Shown: piece after piece, positions 1-6,300 of the stretch
Layout: each line of letters starts with the position of its first letter
Numbering within the stretch: position 1 is the stretch's first letter
From: Pseudobdellovibrionaceae bacterium
Lineage (GTDB): Bacteria; Bdellovibrionota; Bdellovibrionia; Bdellovibrionales; Bdellovibrionaceae
NCBI GenBank assembly: GCA_043780105.1
Contig: JAYWDA010000012.1
Coordinates: 1 to 26,817 of the forward strand
DNA: 26,817 nt
Direction: 5' to 3'
Made by a program: the position numbers and the translations under genes
Notes under the pieces: model-generated
Database searches by the model: none
What the model saw: only the letters and a program-made list of their open reading frames with translations
Told to the model about the DNA's origin: nothing

Positions 1-2
1 AG

Positions 3-446
3 CATTCTCCGTTCATGAGTTTTCTGAACATTGCTAACAATAAAAAACGGTGTGCTAACAACGTCAGTGAAAAAACTTTTTTCAGTGATTGGAAATCAGG
101 AAATTTACCCAATTTTTCTTTGTACATTCCCGATTTAAATAACGACGGGCATGATACTTCCATTGATTATTCGGCTAAGTGGTTGAGAAGTAATTTTGAA
201 GCCGCTTTTAATGATCGTGAGTTGATGAAAGATACTTTAGTAGTACTGACATACGATGAAAGCACGTTCTCGGGTGGAAACAAAGTTTACAGCGTTCTGC
301 TAGGACCAAGTATTATTCCAGGTAGCGTGGTTTCGGATCAGCACACACATTCGTCATTTATAAAAATGATGGAAACAGAGTGGGATTTGGGATCACTGAA
401 CCGCGGTGACGCAAAAGCTTTACCGCTTGTTGGCATCTGGAAGTAA
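3..446 (+). CDS. Acid phosphatase / phosphoesterase family protein, C-terminal part (5' truncated by window edge)
   Basis: The frame is open back to base 3 (..K-H-S-P-F-M, like the KHNPF motif). It carries PNFSLYIPDLNNDGHD, LVVLTYDES and YSVLLGP...HTHSSFIKMMETEWDLGSL, typical of phosphoesterase-family (PF04185-like) acid phosphatases. Confidence 0.8.
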   Translation, partial: HSPFMSFLNIANNKKRCANNVSEKTFFSDWKSGNLPNFSLYIPDLNNDGHDTSIDYSAKWLRSNFEAAFNDRELMKDTLVVLTYDESTFSGGNKVYSVLLGPSIIPGSVVSDQHTHSSFIKMMETEWDLGSLNRGDAKALPLVGIWK

Positions 447-464
447 GTCGATGGTTTTTCTGGA

Positions 465-484
465 CTGTCTTAGATTGAGTCAGT
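465..484 (+). promoter_or_regulatory. Putative operator-like element CTGTCTTAGA-N6-CAGT upstream of fibre gene 575
   Basis: The same element recurs at 20876..20895 upstream of paralog 20974. Here it sits inside a GGACTG-N13-CAGTCC inverted repeat (462..486). Confidence 0.35.
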
Positions 485-540
485 CCTAAAAATAAAACTA
501 CAATTTGAAAAATTTTTTGCCAGAGTTTTGTTGGTCTTGA

Positions 541-568
541 TTGAGTTTTTGTTAGTAAAAACCGATCA
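541..568 (+). promoter_or_regulatory. Sigma-28 (FliA)-like promoter TTGAG-N15-ACCGATCA
   Basis: Resembles the sigma-28 consensus (TAAAG...GCCGATAA). Spacing is identical to the sites upstream of 3319 and 20974. It ends 6 nt before the ATG. Confidence 0.6.
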
Positions 569-574
569 ACTTGT

Positions 575-3151
575 ATGCTTTGGTACGTCAAAATCATCAT
601 TTCAGCATGCTTGGGTTTACTTGTGTTTTCATCGACTTCGCAGGCTGTGCCGCAAAACCTTTCCTTTCAATCTAAGATTTATAAACCAGATGGAACTCCG
701 CTTGACGCTGCTAGCGTAAGTTTTCGGTTTACTACAGTGGATCCGACAGGAACTTGTATTTTATTTGTCGAAGATTTTGCAGGCGCTAACATGTCTGCAT
801 CTGCCGGTTTAATTATTTTGAACTTAGGCACTGGAACAAAGGTTTTTCCCACCAGTGCTTATACTTACAAAAATGTTTTTAATAATTTAAATCCAACGTT
901 CAGTTGCCAAGGTGGAGGTACTTATACACCCGGCGCAAGCGGAGCAGATAATCGAAAAATTATTGCACAGTTTAATGATGGCACTGTGGCTGGTTGGCAA
1001 ACACTGCCAGCGATCGATGTGAATTCTGTACCCTTTGCAAATTATGCCGGTGATTCAGTCACGTTAGCAGGTTTTCCAGCCGGAGATTTTTTACGTAATG
1101 CCACTTTACCACTTTGTGCAACCGGAGAAGTTTTAACCGCATCTGATCCGGGTTCAGGAAGAACGTTAAGTTGCGTTCCAGTGGCCGCATCAACGGATGC
1201 CACAGCAATATCAAAAGGTGTAGTGCAAATTGGTTCTGGATTAAATGTTGCTGCGGGCGTTATAAGCCTTGGTAATTTCGATGCGGCAAAAATCACAACG
1301 GGAATTATTTCGCCTGCACGAATAGGATCTGGAGCACCCGGTGCCGGTAATTTTCTTCGTGGTGATGGTGTGTGGACTGCTATTTCTGCTGGCGGCGTAT
1401 CAAGTGTCTCGTCGACAAATAGTTATTTAACAATTGCAACACCCGCAACGACTCCAGCATTTACGGTTAACGTTGGCACCACTCGAAATCGTCTTGCATC
1501 CGTGGATCTAACCACAGGCAATGTGACTGGCTGGAACCCAAATATAGACAATCTTGTTAATGCTGTGGCAATCAGCGGTGCGAATGTTTATGCGGGTGGA
1601 ATCTTTACGTCGGTAAATGGCGGAACCACTCGAAATTATTTGGCCGCTTTGGATCTAACCACAGGCAACGTAACTGCTTGGGATCCTAATATGAATGGCA
1701 CTGTCAACGCAGTTGCAATCAATGGCGCGAATGTGTACGCGGGCGGAAGCTTCACCGCAGTTAATGGCGGGACTATTCGAAATCGTCTTGCAGCATTGGA
1801 TTTAACCACGAGCACTGCAACTGCATGGGATCCTAATATGAATAATAGCGTCAGCGCTGTGGCAATCAGTGGTACGAGTGTGTATGCAGGCGGATTTTTT
1901 ACAACGGTAAATGGTGGAACGACTCGTAATCGACTTGCGGCATTGGATTTAACCACGGGCACTGCAACTGCATGGGACCCCAATATGAATAATTTTGTCA
2001 CCGCTGTAGCAATCAGTGGTTCGAGTGTGTATGCAGGCGGATATTTTACAACGGCTAATGGCGGAACCACTAGAAACTACTTGGCCGCTTTGGATCTTAC
2101 CACGGGCACTGCGACTGCATGGGACCCTAATGTGAATAACTATGTCAACGCTGTGGCAGTCAGTGGAGTGAATGTTTATGCGGGTGGAAATTTTACGATG
2201 GTGAATGGTGGAACCACTCGAAATCGTTTAGCAGCCTTGGATCTAACTTCGGGCTTTGCAACTGCATGGGACCCTAATATGAATGGTCCGGTCAACACTT
2301 TGGTAATCAATGGTACAAATGTTTACGCAGGCGGAAGCTTTACGACGGTGAATGGTGGAACCACTCGAAATCGTATTGCGGCCCTAGATTTAACCACAGG
2401 TACTGCGACTGCCTGGAACCCTAATGTAGGTAACTCTGTCAATACCTTGGCAATCAGCGGTACGAATGTTTATGCGGGTGGACTCTTTACGTCGGTTAAT
2501 GGCGGAACCATTCGAAATTACCTGGCCGCCCTTGATCTATCGACGGGTACTGCGACTGCATGGAACCCTAATATGAATACCATTGTCAGCGCTGTGACAG
2601 TCAGTGGTACGAATGTGTATGCGGGTGGAAACTTTTCGACGGTAAATGGTGGAACCACTCGAAATCGTCTTGCGGCCTTGGATTTAACAACGGGCACTGC
2701 AACCGCTTGGGATCCTAATATGAATTCTGCGGTCAGCGCTGTGACAGTCAGTGGCACGAATGTGTATGCGGGCGGAAGCTTTACGACTGTAAATGGCGGA
2801 ACTATTCGGAATCGTATTGCAGCATTGGATATAACTTCGGGCACTGCAACGGCATGGGATCCCAATGTGAATAACACGATTAAGGCGTTAGTTATCAGTG
2901 GCTCGAATGTGTATGCGGGTGGACTCTTTACGTTGGTGAATGGCGGGACTGCTCGAAACTACATGGCCGCATTGAGTCTTGCCACGGGTGCTGTGACTGC
3001 CTGGAACCCCAATACGAATAGCGATGTCCGCACTCTAGCTATTAGTGGTACAAATGTGTATGCAGGTGGCGTCTTTACAGCGGTGAACGGGAGCAAACTC
3101 TCCGGTAACTACTGCGTGATTAATCAAACTTCGGGGATTAGTTTACCTTAG
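575..3151 (+). CDS. Secreted chimeric adhesin: fibre N-terminal domain (aa 1-301) fused to 11 x 49-aa beta-propeller repeats
   Basis: Sec signal (..SSTSQA/VP). The N-domain LSFQSKIYKPDGTPLD...TCIL is shared with 3319 and 20974. After FTVNVG the sequence switches to the RNRLAALDLTTG..WDPN..VYAGG.FT repeat that also occurs in the gene at 25678. Confidence 0.85.
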   Translation: MLWYVKIIISACLGLLVFSSTSQAVPQNLSFQSKIYKPDGTPLDAASVSFRFTTVDPTGTCILFVEDFAGANMSASAGLIILNLGTGTKVFPTSAYTYKNVFNNLNPTFSCQGGGTYTPGASGADNRKIIAQFNDGTVAGWQTLPAIDVNSVPFANYAGDSVTLAGFPAGDFLRNATLPLCATGEVLTASDPGSGRTLSCVPVAASTDATAISKGVVQIGSGLNVAAGVISLGNFDAAKITTGIISPARIGSGAPGAGNFLRGDGVWTAISAGGVSSVSSTNSYLTIATPATTPAFTVNVGTTRNRLASVDLTTGNVTGWNPNIDNLVNAVAISGANVYAGGIFTSVNGGTTRNYLAALDLTTGNVTAWDPNMNGTVNAVAINGANVYAGGSFTAVNGGTIRNRLAALDLTTSTATAWDPNMNNSVSAVAISGTSVYAGGFFTTVNGGTTRNRLAALDLTTGTATAWDPNMNNFVTAVAISGSSVYAGGYFTTANGGTTRNYLAALDLTTGTATAWDPNVNNYVNAVAVSGVNVYAGGNFTMVNGGTTRNRLAALDLTSGFATAWDPNMNGPVNTLVINGTNVYAGGSFTTVNGGTTRNRIAALDLTTGTATAWNPNVGNSVNTLAISGTNVYAGGLFTSVNGGTIRNYLAALDLSTGTATAWNPNMNTIVSAVTVSGTNVYAGGNFSTVNGGTTRNRLAALDLTTGTATAWDPNMNSAVSAVTVSGTNVYAGGSFTTVNGGTIRNRIAALDITSGTATAWDPNVNNTIKALVISGSNVYAGGLFTLVNGGTARNYMAALSLATGAVTAWNPNTNSDVRTLAISGTNVYAGGVFTAVNGSKLSGNYCVINQTSGISLP
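1478..3094 (+). repeat. 11 tandem 147-bp (49-aa) coding repeats, beta-propeller blades
   Basis: Counted by hand: TTRN(R/Y)LAALDLTTGTATAW(D/N)PNMNxxVxAxAISGTNVYAGGxFTxVNGG x11. 11 x 147 bp spans exactly 1478..3094. Confidence 0.92.
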
Positions 3152-3283
3152 GAAAATGGTCAATTTTAGCGTCTCAGCGTGATTCAAAATAAAGTCGTGA
3201 TACATCCACCACAGGCACAAAGTCCCGTTTCAGGATTTTGGTCGATTTTGTAAAACTTTTTTTCAGTGTTTGTTCAGGTTTGA

Positions 3284-3311
3284 TCAAGTTATGGTAAACA
3301 AAATCCGATAG
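3284..3311 (+). promoter_or_regulatory. Sigma-28 (FliA)-like promoter TCAAG-N15-TCCGATAG
   Basis: Same two boxes and 15-nt spacer as the other two fibre genes. It ends 7 nt before the ATG at 3319, with no SD. Confidence 0.65.
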
Positions 3312-3318
3312 CTTTAGT

Positions 3319-6300
3319 ATGCTTTGGTACGTCAGAATTCTTTTTACAGCATGCTTGGGATTATTTGCGTTTTCGCTGCCCGCGTATGCGGTGCCGCAAA
3401 GCCTTTCTTTTCAATCTAAAATCTACAAACCGGACGGCACTCCACTGGATGCAGCCAATGTTAATTTTCGCTTTACGACTGTGGATCCTACTGGAACTTG
3501 TATTTTGTATATTGAAGATTTTTTCGGTGCCGACATGTCAGGGTCTGCAGGCCTTGCGATTTTAAATTTGGGTTCAGGAACAAAAGTGTATCCAGCAAGT
3601 GCGATGGTTTTTACCAGTGTGTTTAATAATTTAAGTTCATTTTATAACTGCCGCGGTGGGGGAACATATTCTCCGGGTGTGGGTCGCACTGATAATCGGA
3701 AAATTATTGCGCAATTTTATGATGGCACGGCTGCGGGTTGGCAGACGCTTCCAGCAATTGATGTGAATTCAGTTCCGTTTTCAAGCTTTGCCGGTGATAG
3801 CGAAAAATTTTCTGGTTTTGTAGCCAGTGATTTTTTACGTTTTGCGACTTTACCTGTTTGTACGGGAAGTGACGTGCTGACCGCGACGAATTCAGGTTCT
3901 GGTACGAATCTATCTTGCGTACCTGGAGTCGCTTCATCCGTCGATGCGACCACAACAACAAAAGGTGTGGTGCAGATTGGCGCAGGCTTAGATGTAACCA
4001 CAGGAATAGTTAGCTTAGGAAATTTCGATGCCGCAAAAATCACTTCGGGAATTATTTCAACGGCTCGGTTAGGTTCTGGAACACCAAGTGCCGCTAACTT
4101 TTTACGCGGTGATGGTGCGTGGGTGCCGGTGACTACCGGAACCGTGACCAGCGTTTCTTCGACGAATAGTTATTTAACAATTACCACTCCGACAACCACA
4201 CCTGCATTTACGGTTAATGTTGGTAACACTCCAGGTACGCTAGCTGCGGGTGATGATGTGCGCTTATCTGACAGTCGCACACCGATTGGTAGCGCCGGCG
4301 GAGATTTAGCAGGCTCTTATCCGAATCCAACTCTGGGCACCTCGGGTGTCGTTGCAAACAGCTATGGATCAGCATCCAGTGTGGCTACTTTTACAGTTGA
4401 TAATAAAGGACGCTTAACAACAGCAGGAACAACTCCGATAGCGATTGCGGAAAGTCAGGTTACAAATTTAACAGCTGATTTGATTTCAAAAATTACGAAC
4501 GTGGGATCGGGTGCTGGTAACGTGGTGTTAACAATGCAAGCGGGTAATACTGCAGGCTTACCAGTTGCTGGTACTGATGGCCGCGTTTATTTCGATACGC
4601 AAGCAAAAATAATTTACCGCGATAACGGGACGGCCTGGATTCCAATTGCAAGTAATTCAGGTTCTGGTGGAACTATTACAGATGTTATTGCAGGCGTTGG
4701 ACTATCAGGCGGCGCCAGTTCAGGTGCAGCTACCTTAAATTTGGCAAATACATTGGTGGTACCAAATAGTTACGGTTCAGCATCAGCGGTATCAACATTT
4801 ACGGTGGATGCCCAAGGCCGATTAACAACTGCGGCGACAACTCCGATTGCAATTACTCAATCCCAAGTTGGAAGTTTGGTCACTGATCTTTCGAATAAAC
4901 AACCGCTGAACGCGCAGCTGACAAATATTTCTGGCTATGTGCCAACGGCTGATAATTTTCTTGTCGGAAACGGTGTCAATTTTGTTTTAAAAACTCCGGC
5001 GCAGGCGCGTGCAAGTATCGGCTTAGATGTGGCCGGCGGAGATTTAACGGGTAATTATCCGAATCCGACCTTAGCAAATATTGTGACAACAGGTACGAAT
5101 ACAAAAATCACTTACGATGCCAAAGGCCGTGTGACAGCGGGCACTTCGCTTACTGATACAGATATTCCAAATTTAGACGCTTCAAAAATTACTACCGGAA
5201 TTTTACCCATTAGCAACGGCGGAACGGGTTCTGCGACGGTTGCAAATAATTTAGTTTTTGCGGGACCCACGACTGGTGGTCCGCTGGCGCCAAGTTTCAG
5301 AGCTTTATCAGCAAGTGATATTCCGAGTTTAAGCGCAACCTATCTGCCGCTTACAGGTGGGACATTAACCGGTGCAGTGATTTCTGCAGCTGGAACTGCA
5401 GCGGCACCAAGTGTTGGTGTGGGACAAACATCTTCGGGATTATTTAGCGGCGGCACAAATATTTTAGGATTCAGTACAGCAGGTCTTGAACGTGCACGCA
5501 TCGATGCTGCAGGAAATTTAGGTGTGGGTGTTACGAATCCATTATACAAAGTCGATGTTTCTGGTGATTTAAATATTACCGGAAATTTTCGTATCAACGG
5601 CACACCAATTGGTGGTGGCAGCGGCACTGTGACGGCGGTCAGTTCAACAACGACAGATATTAATGTTGCAAGTCCTACGTCAACTCCGGCTTTAACTTTA
5701 AATTCTGGAACAGGTGCCAATCAAATTGTGAAATTAAATGCGTCGGCGCAGTTGCCCGCGGTGGATGGATCTTTGCTTACGGGTTTTACAGCGGTGCAGA
5801 TTCCGGCTTTAGACACAGGTAAATTAACCAGCGGAATATTACCCGTCGTTCGTGGTGGTACCGGAAATTCGAGTTTTGCAATTAACAGCGTCATCACGTC
5901 GAATAACACGGGCATTCAAGTTGCCTTACCTGGAACTACTTCGAACACGATGCTGCAGTATTCAGTGACAGGGCCCGTGTGGTCATCAGCAACGTTTCCG
6001 TCGACGACAACTGCAAATCAATTATTATATTCATCTGCAAACAATATTGTTGGCGGATTAACCTCTGCAAATGATTCGGTGTTAATCACAAATGGAACGG
6101 GTGTTCCATCGTTTGTTAACGCACTTCCTGCAACCATCGGTGGAACAGGCCAAACAACTTATGTGATTGGTGATTTACTTTATGCATCTTCAGGTTCGGC
6201 ATTAGCCAGATTGCCTGCTTCAACAACCGGATTAGTTTTAACAAGTAACGGAGTTGGCACTGCGCCAACTTGGCAAGCGGTTCCATCAAATCTGCCCGCA

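Noticed and set aside
1478-3094. CRISPR-like regular repeat array
   Set aside because: The 147-bp period is in-frame coding sequence with no repeat/unique-spacer structure, and no cas genes are present.
4255-4281. VRLSDSR as the start of an S74 intramolecular chaperone
   Set aside because: It lies in the N-terminal stalk (AGDDxRxxDxR motif, also in 20974) rather than at the C-terminus, and no S74 domain follows.
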